Shown here in pieces: positions 29,858 to 39,643 of a stretch of DNA of 64,000 nt; position 1 is the stretch's first letter; the number at the start of each line of letters is the position of its first letter. The stretch is taken from contig OZ252237.1 of NCBI GenBank assembly GCA_965249525.1, forward strand, positions 1,413,705 to 1,477,704. Reading direction: 5' to 3'. This DNA comes from a bacterium (GTDB lineage Bacteria > SAR324 > JACQKK01). The notes beneath the pieces were generated by a model. The model was not told where the DNA came from. It ran no database searches and saw nothing but the letters and a program-made list of their open reading frames with translations. The position numbers were made by a program, and so were the translations under genes.

Positions 29858-30524
29858 TGGAAGTTTGCAGACGCTGGGGAGGATGGATATGCACCTCTAC
29901 TTGTTTCATACGACAACGGCCAACGTGCTCACTACCCACTATGGTCACAGGCAAGGCTGTTAGCCCTTCTTGGGTAATCAAGCGCATGCTGCCTGGTTTA
30001 AAAGGTCTGGGTCCCAACCAGGGACGACGGTTGCGGGTGCCTTCGGGAAAAACCACCAACGCACCTGTTTTTGCTTTGCGCATTTTTTTGGCTTGCTGTC
30101 GTAAGGCGGCAGCGGCGACCTGGGGGTCATCGCGATCCAGGCGCAAGCTGTGGATATTCCGCATCCAGAAATTGAGAGCAGGTATGTAGAACAACTGGCG
30201 CTTAGCTACAAATCCGATGGCAGTCCTTATGCTGAGGACCAAGATGGGAATGTCATAAAGGGACTGATGATTGGCCACCACCACAAAGGGTTCTTGATAG
30301 GGGATGTGCTGCTGCCCTTTGGTAAGAACGCTGCAGCCGTTTTGCCATAGCATCAAGCGCGCCCAAAAAAGCACTATACGTCGGACGATATGTTCCACTT
30401 GGCGGTGTTTTCCCGCTAATCGCATCACCAGAAAGACTGGGAACAACAGACAGGTCAGCAGGTGGATAAAGAAGAATTGAAAGCATAACGCCAGCAAAGC
30501 GCGAAGCCGGATAAACAAAGACAC
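29787..30524 (-). CDS. plsC: 1-acyl-sn-glycerol-3-phosphate acyltransferase
   Basis: Acyltransferase motif HxxxxD (VVANHQSLYD) and FPEGTR. Confidence 0.8.
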   Translation of the reverse strand: MSLFIRLRALLALCFQFFFIHLLTCLLFPVFLVMRLAGKHRQVEHIVRRIVLFWARLMLWQNGCSVLTKGQQHIPYQEPFVVVANHQSLYDIPILVLSIRTAIGFVAKRQLFYIPALNFWMRNIHSLRLDRDDPQVAAAALRQQAKKMRKAKTGALVVFPEGTRNRRPWLGPRPFKPGSMRLITQEGLTALPVTIVGSEHVGRCRMKQVEVHIHPPQRLQTSSALQRRAFSQALYATISDSWHAS

Positions 30525-30549
30525 GAGGAAGAATAATGCAGATGGCAGG

Positions 30550-31254
30550 CTAAGAAGAAGAGCGCAGTTTTTTGTAGAACACCGGAATCAGAGCAAACAA
30601 ACCCAGCAAAGCAAATGCTCCTAACACGGTGCCTGATAAAATATCTGAGGGCTGCTGAATTTCCCCCAAGGCGCGGCCGGCATTCACATACACAAATGAG
30701 CCTGGAATAATACCTACTGCTGTACCCAAAAAGAAGACACTCAGACGCATGGGGGTGAAAGCTGCCGCCAGGTTGATAAGGAAAAAAGGAAAGATGGGCA
30801 CCAGGCGGACAAAAAGCAAAAAATGGAGACCGTTCTTGCTTACACCATCGTTGATGGCTTGCATCAACTTACCCTGGAAACGCTGCTTCACCCAATCACC
30901 TAGCAGAAAGCGTGCAAACAAAAACGCCACCACTGCCCCCGCAGCAGCTGAAGTCACCACCAGCAATAGACCCAATTGCAGTCCGAACAGCAGCCCTCCT
31001 GCCAGTGAAAATAAAGTGGTCAGTGGTAAAGCCAATGCTACCGACACCAAATATATCACTACAAAGACTACTATTGCCAGCAGCGGCTGTTGATCTACTG
31101 CTGCCTGCAGGCGGGCTTGGTTTTCTACCAATGTTTCAAAGCTGAGGCTGCCTTGAGGTACCAAAAGAAACCAGGCTGCCACCGCTGCTGCCACAGCCAG
31201 CAGCAGCACAATTTTTATTATAGATCGCATATTTGTAGACATAAAAATACCCAA
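30550..31254 (-). CDS. DedA/TVP38/TMEM64-family membrane protein
   Basis: 234 aa polytopic protein. DedA-type signature region VPIFPFFLINLAAAF...GTAVGIIPGSFVYVNAG. Confidence 0.7.
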   Translation of the reverse strand: MGIFMSTNMRSIIKIVLLLAVAAAVAAWFLLVPQGSLSFETLVENQARLQAAVDQQPLLAIVVFVVIYLVSVALALPLTTLFSLAGGLLFGLQLGLLLVVTSAAAGAVVAFLFARFLLGDWVKQRFQGKLMQAINDGVSKNGLHFLLFVRLVPIFPFFLINLAAAFTPMRLSVFFLGTAVGIIPGSFVYVNAGRALGEIQQPSDILSGTVLGAFALLGLFALIPVFYKKLRSSS

Positions 31255-31308
31255 GGAAAATAAACATGCAGCTACTGCATTCAGTTTGGTATAGCACTAA
31301 GTTAAGAC

Positions 31309-31638
31309 TTATTCGCTTTGAGAGAAAGCCCGACTGAGATGGGGAGGTTGATGCAGGATGGATTGGTGATAGTATTCTACATAAAAACGGCAGTCTCCCA
31401 CGGGCTGCAGATGAAAAACTTCTTCAGGTCCTATGATGCCAGGCATTTGGGCATCGAGATGGTAAGGAGGTCTGCCATCGTGGAGAATCAATGAGACATT
31501 GCCTTCTTTTACCACCACCCGCAGCCACCGCCTTGGAGAAATAGTTTGGGGCTGCTGCCACAACAGTGGCAGTGTGTACTGGTTGTAGCAAGGTGAAACA
31601 TCTTCCAGAAATACATCCTGAGCAATGCGTGATGCCAT
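31309..31638 (-). CDS. small cupin-like protein (DUF1971/TehB-N-like), hypothetical
   Basis: 109 aa, beta-rich. Weak resemblance to the DUF1971 family. Confidence 0.3.
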   Translation of the reverse strand: MASRIAQDVFLEDVSPCYNQYTLPLLWQQPQTISPRRWLRVVVKEGNVSLILHDGRPPYHLDAQMPGIIGPEEVFHLQPVGDCRFYVEYYHQSILHQPPHLSRAFSQSE

Positions 31639-31782
31639 GAATCCCTTATTTGAAACCTACCAACAAAAACCCATAGTCAAAAAGCACGGAGAAATAAGCC
31701 AATAATGTCTTAGAAAAACAGGCAGCAGAACCCGAAAAGCTACTGTAATATACCAGCAGGATGAATGACAAGCAGCAAAAAT

Positions 31783-32916
31783 TTAAGGGGTTTTATTTTT
31801 GGCATTGGGCTTATTTTTTTTCAAAAGTTCTTGCGGGCTTGCAGGCAGGCGCTCCATATCCCAGCGGCTAAGCCTAAGGGTATGTTGTGCTTGGACTTCA
31901 TTCAGCCTTACTACCTGCTGGCGAATGTTCTCATCGGCATCTTTGCCTGCAGCAGCCGAAAGACCTGCCAAATGCTGGGTGCCATGCACCTTGGACGGAT
32001 TCTCATTGAAGCGCAAATCATAGCTTAGACCATCAGCCAGCTGCAGCTGTAAGCGCATGGAGCGACCAGAACCCAGTCGCCTGGGAGGCGGCATATGTTC
32101 CAATCCCACTAATTCCAGCCTGTCCATAGTTCTCACCAACTCTGATACCACCGCCATATTCAACTCACCCTCTACACCGCTTAAACGCCATGATTCCTGG
32201 GCTGAATCTCGCTCAATTTCTACCAGTAACTGGCCTCCACGCTCCAAACGCAACAAACGCAGGGCATCGCCCAGCCCTCTCATGAACAATCGCTTTTTTA
32301 CCCACGCAAATGAAAAATCATCCAAAGCAAGACTGGTACCTGTTACCCAAGCAACACTCTCATCACCTATGCGCAAATACTGCCCCGCAAATACCCCCGC
32401 ACTCCCCTTGGAACTGCGTTGCTCCCCCACAGTTACTACAAACAAAGGCCTCCCTTGTTTGTCCAGCAACTGTAACTGCTGCCCCAACCATTCAGCCTCC
32501 TCTGCTTTATCCCCTTTGTCTGCCTTCACAGCATCCTCAGACGCTTTCCCCTTCATCAACAAGCGTTCAGGAGGTATCAATCCCAAAGCCTCTAAGGCCT
32601 CTTCCCCTTCACTCACCTGGCGATCCAACTTCAAACGGTTGACAGCCGACAGCAGCATCCGCAGCTTCAACTCATCGGCAGGATAGCCCTGCTGTTCACG
32701 CACCTCCCAACCTTTATCGCTGAGATCCAAATGGATCTGTTCATCTTCTGATAACAGCACCACCTGGTGAAGTTTTTCTAAATCAACCCCCTGCAGCAAA
32801 CCTTTATTTTTCCCTCCCGAAACTGCCCTCCACCGTACCACCGTCTGTACTCCCCAAGCCAACACAGCCAGCAACACCAATACTGTCACGCCCCAGATCA
32901 ACGGTTTCAGCTTCAT
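31783..32916 (-). CDS. DUF4340-like exported protein, partner of the GldG-like ABC auxiliary component
   Basis: 377 aa, N-terminal signal anchor. Terminal gene of the ATPase-permease-GldG cluster, where a DUF4340 protein is typical. Confidence 0.45.
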   Translation of the reverse strand: MKLKPLIWGVTVLVLLAVLAWGVQTVVRWRAVSGGKNKGLLQGVDLEKLHQVVLLSEDEQIHLDLSDKGWEVREQQGYPADELKLRMLLSAVNRLKLDRQVSEGEEALEALGLIPPERLLMKGKASEDAVKADKGDKAEEAEWLGQQLQLLDKQGRPLFVVTVGEQRSSKGSAGVFAGQYLRIGDESVAWVTGTSLALDDFSFAWVKKRLFMRGLGDALRLLRLERGGQLLVEIERDSAQESWRLSGVEGELNMAVVSELVRTMDRLELVGLEHMPPPRRLGSGRSMRLQLQLADGLSYDLRFNENPSKVHGTQHLAGLSAAAGKDADENIRQQVVRLNEVQAQHTLRLSRWDMERLPASPQELLKKNKPNAKNKTP

Positions 32917-33011
32917 GTAAACAACACCTCTGGCTTATTTGATAGACTTTTTAACATAACACAAACCACATCTATGCAGCCCCATTGACGAACAGCAAAC
33001 TTTTCACACAG

Positions 33012-34961
33012 CTAGCTGCGCTTTTTGGTTCCCATTTGTTCGCTCCGACGGGTACGCCGATAGATGAACCAAAATCCAAATCCGCCCACCATAACAGGCA
33101 CCGGTAACAAATTGAAAGCCAACAGCCATACTCCCAGGCGTTCAATATCTTCCCGTAACAGTTTGCGTACTTCACGCAGAGCGCGGCGGGTTTTTTGCTC
33201 TTCTTGTCGGAAACGGTTAATTTCTTTTTCTTGGGCTTTGTCCAACAGAGCGGAGTCACTTTGTGATTCTTGCAGTTGTTTCAGTCGGTCTCGCACTTCT
33301 GCCAAACGGACATTCAGCAGGTTCTCCTGTTCTTGGAAGCGTCGGGCGGCACGCACTTGCAAATTGACCAAGCGCGTAAAGGGGCGCGTTGTTTTGCCCC
33401 GAGAACGGATAGCAATAAGTTCCTGCCCGCCGCTCAGCCATTCCACTGCATTTAAGAAGAAATTGAGGTTGTCATTCAACGGCTGCAAAAACACATTGCC
33501 CAAGAACTGGGCACGTTGGACAGAGTATTCATCAGAGATAAAATCGGTATCTCCCACCAACAGGATAGAAGTTTCTGCTTCTGCCTTGGCACGATGGGGC
33601 GGCAGTTTTGGTGGAGCATCATCCCTTCTGCTGCGTTCGCCGGGACGCAAATCCGGCGGCCCATCTGGGTAGGCAGTTTTAAACTCACCGCTAAGCAAGG
33701 CTGCCAGTACCCGTTTTTTACCATCGGTACGTAATAGACGGGTTTGTGCCAGTGGGTTTTGCAGCCGAAAGGATGCAACTTGTACCCTTCCTGTATTATC
33801 AGATGATTCCAATAACGGCACCAAGCGATGGGAAGACCCTTTCTTGAGGGAAAATGAACCGCTGTGCACCAACAACATGTTTTCTAGCTGGGCAGTAAGC
33901 GGTTCTTCTTTATTCATTTGTTTGGATCCCAGACTGATCCAAAAAGGATAATTAAGTACACCTTGTGGAGTGCGTACGGGCGTACCGAGGGAAACATCGC
34001 CCAAGAGATGGGTAGAGGAGTATTCTACATCCCAGGCATTCAATAGTGGTGACAAGGTGCTGGAGGGCTGGGTGTTAAAACCAGGCTGCCCCGACAAATC
34101 TTTGGTGGAGAGGGGATCCAGCAGCACCATCAGTTTACCGCCTGCCAGCAAATATTGGTCAATGGCATACAGGCTGCGCGGCGACATGCTCTCTGATTTG
34201 GGATGGATCACCAGCATCAGATCCACATCTTGCGGCGCTACCATGAGATCTCCTGCCCTAATGTTTTCTACTTGGTAGTTCTTGGAAAGCTCACTGATAA
34301 AGGCCCATGCTGGTTTATTGAGTGCCGGCAGCCCTGCACCATAATTGACGCCAGCCACAGGCAGGAACGACACCACCATCACCCGAGGCAAACTTTCTCT
34401 GGTCACACGTACGATGGTCTCAGAGATATCGTATTCCAGCGAGCTTTCACGACGCGGGTCTAGAAAAGGAAGCACAGCTTCACGTTGTTGCTGCAAGACC
34501 ACCAACCCAAAGAAAAGTCTGTTGCCTGCGGGTGATTGAGAAGGTGTCAGCCCATAACGCAATGCCCATTCTTCTTCTTGGGTATCTGGCTTGGGATCTA
34601 TCAACTCTACTTTTACCTTGCCTTTGGAATGCGATTGGTAGGTGCGCAGCAACCCGCGTATCCGCCTGGCATGGGTTTGCAGCGGAATAGGAATATTCTC
34701 CAAACTCTGCGAGTGATAAAAACGCAGCGTGATTGGATGCTCCAAATTGGCAAGCAGTTGGCGCGACCCCTCAGATAGGGTGAACACGCGGCCTTCGGTG
34801 ATATCCAATCGCAGCGGTAACACGCTGCTTAGGACATTAAAGGCTACCAATCCTACCAGCAACAGACTGGCTGCTATCAACAGCCTCCAGCGACCGGCTT
34901 TCATGGATGGCAGCCAACGATAGAATAACTTAGAAGAAAAATTCATAACAAACATATCCAC
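33012..34961 (-). CDS. ABC-transporter auxiliary component, GldG-like
   Basis: 649 aa. N-terminal and C-terminal TM anchors with a large periplasmic domain. Follows ABC ATPase and ABC-2 permease genes. Confidence 0.65.
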   Translation of the reverse strand: MDMFVMNFSSKLFYRWLPSMKAGRWRLLIAASLLLVGLVAFNVLSSVLPLRLDITEGRVFTLSEGSRQLLANLEHPITLRFYHSQSLENIPIPLQTHARRIRGLLRTYQSHSKGKVKVELIDPKPDTQEEEWALRYGLTPSQSPAGNRLFFGLVVLQQQREAVLPFLDPRRESSLEYDISETIVRVTRESLPRVMVVSFLPVAGVNYGAGLPALNKPAWAFISELSKNYQVENIRAGDLMVAPQDVDLMLVIHPKSESMSPRSLYAIDQYLLAGGKLMVLLDPLSTKDLSGQPGFNTQPSSTLSPLLNAWDVEYSSTHLLGDVSLGTPVRTPQGVLNYPFWISLGSKQMNKEEPLTAQLENMLLVHSGSFSLKKGSSHRLVPLLESSDNTGRVQVASFRLQNPLAQTRLLRTDGKKRVLAALLSGEFKTAYPDGPPDLRPGERSRRDDAPPKLPPHRAKAEAETSILLVGDTDFISDEYSVQRAQFLGNVFLQPLNDNLNFFLNAVEWLSGGQELIAIRSRGKTTRPFTRLVNLQVRAARRFQEQENLLNVRLAEVRDRLKQLQESQSDSALLDKAQEKEINRFRQEEQKTRRALREVRKLLREDIERLGVWLLAFNLLPVPVMVGGFGFWFIYRRTRRSEQMGTKKRS

Positions 34962-34983
34962 TCAAGATACATCAATAAGCCAG

Positions 34984-35694
34984 CTAACCCCGACGGCGCT
35001 CCAGTACCAATAGGCAACTCAACAACATCACCACAATGATGGAAATGAAGTAGCTCACATCAGCCAAGTCAATCAAACCGCGCTGCATAGAATCAAAATG
35101 CGTGCTAAAGCTGAATGCAGAAATCAAACGTGCAACCCCAGCAGGAAAAATACCCGCCAAAGTCTGATTCAACACACCCAGCCCCAGTATCACCAACAGT
35201 AAACACACCAACACACTGGTGATGAAACTAATCACCTGATTCTTGGTGAGGGTGGAAGTAAAACAGGAAATAGCCAAATAAGCACCTGCCATAAGAAAAC
35301 TACCAAAATAACCTGTTATCATCACGCCGCCATCTGGATCACCCAGAAATAATACGGTGAGTACCATGGGGAAAGTCAACGCTAGTGACAACCCCATGAA
35401 CAGCCAGGCTGCCAAAAATTTGGCCAGCACCACATGACCCAAACCCACAGGCCAAGTAGCCAATAATTCCAAGGTGCCTGCACGTTGCTCCTCAGCCCAC
35501 AAACGCATGCCCACCGCAGGCGCCAACACCAAATACAACCAAGGATGAAAGAAAAAGAATAAATCCAAACTGGCTTGGTTTGAGTTGTAAAAATTGCCCA
35601 AATACCAAGCCATGCCACCCGCACCCAACTGGAAAATTACAATGAACACATACGCCACAGGAGAACGAAAATAAGCCATCCATTCGCGCTTCAT
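34984..35694 (-). CDS. ABC-2 family permease (GldF-like)
   Basis: Start set at MKREWMAYFRSPVAYVFI, the typical N-terminus of GldF/ABC-2 permeases. The longer tracked ORF runs through a 57-bp tandem duplication upstream. Confidence 0.65.
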   Translation of the reverse strand: MKREWMAYFRSPVAYVFIVIFQLGAGGMAWYLGNFYNSNQASLDLFFFFHPWLYLVLAPAVGMRLWAEEQRAGTLELLATWPVGLGHVVLAKFLAAWLFMGLSLALTFPMVLTVLFLGDPDGGVMITGYFGSFLMAGAYLAISCFTSTLTKNQVISFITSVLVCLLLVILGLGVLNQTLAGIFPAGVARLISAFSFSTHFDSMQRGLIDLADVSYFISIIVVMLLSCLLVLERRRG

Positions 35695-35746
35695 TACCGG
35701 CAGCCCCGGCCAAAGGCGCAGCTTATCCAACAACAAACCCCACCCT

Positions 35747-35860
35747 CTCTTAATGTGCTGCAACAAATCCTGGCACTTAGCCATCAGCAAGCCCCACCCT
35801 CTCTTAATGTGCTGCAACAAATCCTGGCCTTTAGCCATCAGCAAGCCCCCCTATCGTCAA
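35747..35860. repeat. 57-bp tandem duplication (2 copies) spanning the ABC ATPase 3' end and the permease upstream region
   Basis: AATGTGCTGCAACAAATCCTGGC(A/C)(C/T)TTAGCCATCAGCAAGCCCC(A)CCCT occurs twice in tandem. One copy encodes the ATPase C-terminus ...GGLADG. Confidence 0.9.
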
Positions 35861-36799
35861 GGCACGAAACACTTCATCCACCCGACCACGCTCGGTATAT
35901 ATTTCCAAAATCTTCACCTGCTGCTTGCGCAGCCAACTCTCCACCGTACTGGAAAAATCTATAGCCGCAGGACGCTGCTTGGGCAGCAAATAATGCCGCC
36001 AACGCCCTTGCCCCAGCACCTCTTCGCTGTGCACTTCAACAACACCAGGCGCAGATCTTAACAAACTCCGCAACGCATCATCCGCTGATGCCGTCACCAC
36101 CGCCAATGCCTGATGAAACCTGGAACGCGCTGCCATTTCCTGCGGCGTACCATTAAAGACAATCCCACCCTCATGAATGACCACTGCTCTATCACAGACC
36201 GCTTCCATTTCTTCCAAAATATGCGTGGACAGCACAATGGTCTTTTCTCTGCCCATCCGCCGAATCACCTCCCGTACATGGTGCTTCTGGTTAGGATCCA
36301 ATCCATCGGTGGGCTCATCTAAAATCATCACCGGCGGATCGTGAATCAATGCCTGTGCAAAACACACCCGCTGGCGATACCCTTTGGACAAGGTTTCTAT
36401 AACGCGATGCCGCATGCCTTCCAGACCAATTAACTCCATTACCTTCTGCACCCGCCGCTGTAAATCCTGACCGATAAAACCACGCACCTCCCCTGCAAAA
36501 TCCAAAAATTCCCCCACGGTCATTTCTCCATACAACGGCGCCCTTTCGGGCAAATAACCTATCAATTTCCGTGCTGCTATAGCCCTATCCACCACATCAT
36601 GACCGCCTACACGCACAGTCCCTGCTGTGGGCAGCAAGAAACCAGTAATCATCCTCATAGTAGTGGACTTGCCTGCCCCATTGGGACCCAAAAATCCCAG
36701 CACTTTTCCAGCCTCTGCTTGGAAACTAATATCGTTCACCGCAGTATACGATCCATAGCGCTTGCAAAGTTTATCAACTTCTATCATGACTCCAACCAC
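35831..36799 (-). CDS. ABC transporter ATP-binding protein (GldA-like)
   Basis: Walker A GPNGAGKST, signature LSKGYRQR, Walker B ILDEPT. Confidence 0.85.
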   Translation of the reverse strand: MVGVMIEVDKLCKRYGSYTAVNDISFQAEAGKVLGFLGPNGAGKSTTMRMITGFLLPTAGTVRVGGHDVVDRAIAARKLIGYLPERAPLYGEMTVGEFLDFAGEVRGFIGQDLQRRVQKVMELIGLEGMRHRVIETLSKGYRQRVCFAQALIHDPPVMILDEPTDGLDPNQKHHVREVIRRMGREKTIVLSTHILEEMEAVCDRAVVIHEGGIVFNGTPQEMAARSRFHQALAVVTASADDALRSLLRSAPGVVEVHSEEVLGQGRWRHYLLPKQRPAAIDFSSTVESWLRKQQVKILEIYTERGRVDEVFRALTIGGLADG

Positions 36800-36956
36800 A
36801 TATATGTCGCAGCATAAACAGGTAAGTATACAACACTTGCCACAGGACTTTGCTGCTTAGCAACCCCTGTCGTGCATAAGCTACTTACAAAGAAAGTTAC
36901 GTCACACAGCCTGCCTGCGTCAAGTTGCCTTTTGCAAGTTGTTTTTATTAATTGTA

Positions 36957-39134
36957 TCAACGCTTGGGAAGATACACCTGATGATAAACAGCGTAAGAGA
37001 GATACACTCGGCGTACATAATTTCTGGTTTCGCCAAAGGGAATATTTTCCACAAATTCATCCAATTCCGTGGGCTGCTGTTTGAGCCAGCGGTTCACACG
37101 ACGAGAACCAGCATTGTAGGCAGCAGCAGCATAAACAGGGCTGCGACCATACTGTTGCAGCAGTTGTCCAAGATAATAGACTCCCAAGGAGATATTGACA
37201 TCTGGGTCAAACAGCTGCTGGGTTTGATATGGCTGTTTCAGCTGCTTGGCTAGCCATCTGCCTGTGGCGGGCATAATTTGCATCAATCCGCGTGCACCTG
37301 CAACTGAGACAGCTTGCGGGTCAAAGCGACTTTCCTCTCTGGCGATAGCCATTACATAGAAAGGATCTACCTGGTATTGCTTGGCTGCGGTTTGGATAAT
37401 TTTCCAATGGGGTCTGGGGAAAGCTTTTCTCCAAAGGGAATTGGACTGGGGGGATTGTTGTCTGAGTTGCGGAAGGTATTGGTGACCGACAAGTTTGATT
37501 AAAGTGAAGCGTCTTTGTAGATAGCCAAGTACCACTGTGATTTCTCGGATGAGACCTGGAGGCCTGGGGTCGGCAACTATCAGCAGGAGGTGACGTCGGG
37601 CGAGGGAGGGTTCATCCATAGCATCCAGCAGAATGGCAGCGGTAATTTGGGGGATTTGCCAGACGGCGTAGAGTTGAGAAAGGGCGGGGGTGATGGGCGA
37701 GGATGATTTTGCTTGCTGCCACACAGCCAGAGGAAACTCCTGTGCCATTTTTTGTTTGGCCATCATGGAGTAAAAGTTATAAGGCCAGCGTTCCAGCAGC
37801 TGCTGCCACACTTCTTGTGCTTGGGTGGTTTTACCTAATTGCTGCAGGCTGCGACCATGCCAGTAAGTAAAGCGTGCTGCAGTGACAGGATGCACTATGG
37901 CAGGATGTTGGGTGGCAATTTGCAGCCAGTCATGGGCGGTTTGCCAATCTTTGTTTTGCCAGGCGCGCCAAATGACATCCCAGTAAGCCACAGCAATCTC
38001 AGCATACTGCGGATGATGTTTTGACAAACGCCGCAGCCAGGTCTGTGCTGGGACGGGCTGTTCCAATCTGCCATAAAGCAGTGTTAATTCTCTTGCCAGA
38101 TTAGGCCATTCCTCCACAGCGTGAGCATCCATGCCCTTCACCAACTTTGCTGCACTGTCGGCATCTTTTAGTCGCAGCAGCAAGCGCGCTTGCCACACGC
38201 TGCCACCTTCCTTGCTCATGGCAAAACGTGCCTCCTTGCTGCTTTGCAGCAGCATCAGCCCTTGGCGTGCCAATTTATGTCCTGCACGCAACCGCCCGCC
38301 ATAATACAAACCACCCAACTCCTTCCGCTGTTCCTTATCAAATCCTTTTAACCAACCCTTGGCATGTGCTTGATCTACCTCTGAAATTAACAAGGTATAC
38401 AATCGCAACCGCAGCAGCCGTTCACCACGCCCCAGCCAGTCCTGAGGTTTAAGCAGCGCTTCACCCCCTGCAGGCAATAACCGCTGGTGCGCATGTGAAC
38501 GCTGTGTAGGATTGCGCCACAATGCCACATTCAGCTGGCGTGCTAAATCTGTGCGTGCCTGCGTGCCTGCCAGTCGCTTTGCTTGCCACAACATGGTTCG
38601 GTCTACTGGCTGGGGAACAAGAGTCTCCAGCCAGACCTCCATATAATCCAGCAATGCTTTACCAGGTTGCAATTGATGCGTTGCCTGCCCACTTTCCTCC
38701 GCCAACAAGAGCTCTGTTAGCCACTGTCGCACCTTGGTACGTACATGGTAGGGCGGTGATACCTGCAGTGCATCCTTCAAGGTACTGCGTGCAGCTTCAT
38801 ATTCTTGCTGTTGATGAAGTAACCGTGCGCCTATCCACAGCCAAAAACCAGACAGCTGCGGCACCCGCTTAGACAGGCTTTGCTGCAAACCCCATGCTTT
38901 CTTATATTCCCCCTGTCCTTCCAAGCACAACAGCTCCCGATAATCCTGCTGCACCTTCCGCAAATGGATAGGCAACAGCTTTCCCGCAAGACGCGCCCGT
39001 TCTGAAAGCTGAGCTGCATGCCTGGCGGTACAGTCCGCACCCCGCACCTCACCACCCCACAAAACCAACAACAAGCACACACACAGACCGCTCTTCAAGC
39101 CTATGCCAACCAAACTATTGAAAGTAATACGCAT
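36957..39134 (-). CDS. slt: soluble lytic murein transglycosylase (Slt70-like)
   Basis: 725 aa. Signal peptide, superhelical N-domain, C-terminal SLT domain with ESRFDPQAVS...GLMQIMP...AAAYNAG. Confidence 0.8.
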   Translation of the reverse strand: MRITFNSLVGIGLKSGLCVCLLLVLWGGEVRGADCTARHAAQLSERARLAGKLLPIHLRKVQQDYRELLCLEGQGEYKKAWGLQQSLSKRVPQLSGFWLWIGARLLHQQQEYEAARSTLKDALQVSPPYHVRTKVRQWLTELLLAEESGQATHQLQPGKALLDYMEVWLETLVPQPVDRTMLWQAKRLAGTQARTDLARQLNVALWRNPTQRSHAHQRLLPAGGEALLKPQDWLGRGERLLRLRLYTLLISEVDQAHAKGWLKGFDKEQRKELGGLYYGGRLRAGHKLARQGLMLLQSSKEARFAMSKEGGSVWQARLLLRLKDADSAAKLVKGMDAHAVEEWPNLARELTLLYGRLEQPVPAQTWLRRLSKHHPQYAEIAVAYWDVIWRAWQNKDWQTAHDWLQIATQHPAIVHPVTAARFTYWHGRSLQQLGKTTQAQEVWQQLLERWPYNFYSMMAKQKMAQEFPLAVWQQAKSSSPITPALSQLYAVWQIPQITAAILLDAMDEPSLARRHLLLIVADPRPPGLIREITVVLGYLQRRFTLIKLVGHQYLPQLRQQSPQSNSLWRKAFPRPHWKIIQTAAKQYQVDPFYVMAIAREESRFDPQAVSVAGARGLMQIMPATGRWLAKQLKQPYQTQQLFDPDVNISLGVYYLGQLLQQYGRSPVYAAAAYNAGSRRVNRWLKQQPTELDEFVENIPFGETRNYVRRVYLSYAVYHQVYLPKR

Positions 39135-39546
39135 CCTTCTTCTCTGGATGATGGTTAATCATGGCCTTGGCCAACGGTGCTATCCGCTGACGCACCCGCT
39201 CACACAGCAACTCTGATGCCCCTTGTTCCCTTAACGCTGCCATGATTAATTCCAGCCACGCATCATATTCAGGTATGCCAATCCGCACATGACGATGCCG
39301 ATAACGCAAAAATGGACGACCATATCTCTCGCTGTACAATTGTGCCCCACCAAAAAATTCCACAAAGTACGCATATTGACGCTCCCGTGTTGCTGTTAAA
39401 TCCTTAGGAAATAACGAACCCAATAACACATGAACCGCTACTTTGTCATAAAAGCACTCAACCCACTCCCGAATACCAGTTTCACCACCCAATGCTTCTA
39501 ATAAAGATGCTGTATCTTCAGAATTCATATCATCTAATGTTATCAT
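39115..39546 (-). CDS. group 2 truncated hemoglobin (GlbO-like)
   Basis: 143 aa. trHb pattern FYDKV...FFGGAQLYSERYGRPFLRYRHRHVRIGIPEYDAWL. Confidence 0.65.
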   Translation of the reverse strand: MITLDDMNSEDTASLLEALGGETGIREWVECFYDKVAVHVLLGSLFPKDLTATRERQYAYFVEFFGGAQLYSERYGRPFLRYRHRHVRIGIPEYDAWLELIMAALREQGASELLCERVRQRIAPLAKAMINHHPEKKDAYYFQ

Positions 39547-39643
39547 AGCCTTGGCAAACTTTTGGCATGCATAACAAGTATCTTGGTGTAGACCCTTGGT
39601 GTAGACCCTTGCCTTCCCTATCCCCTAGCAAATAGTACCACCC

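Noticed and set aside
34984-35844. Permease N-terminus containing duplicated peptide LMAKGQDLLQHIKRGWGLL
   Set aside because: The extension is created by the 57-bp DNA duplication and precedes the canonical ABC-2 permease start. Treated as non-coding or UTR rather than a real protein repeat.
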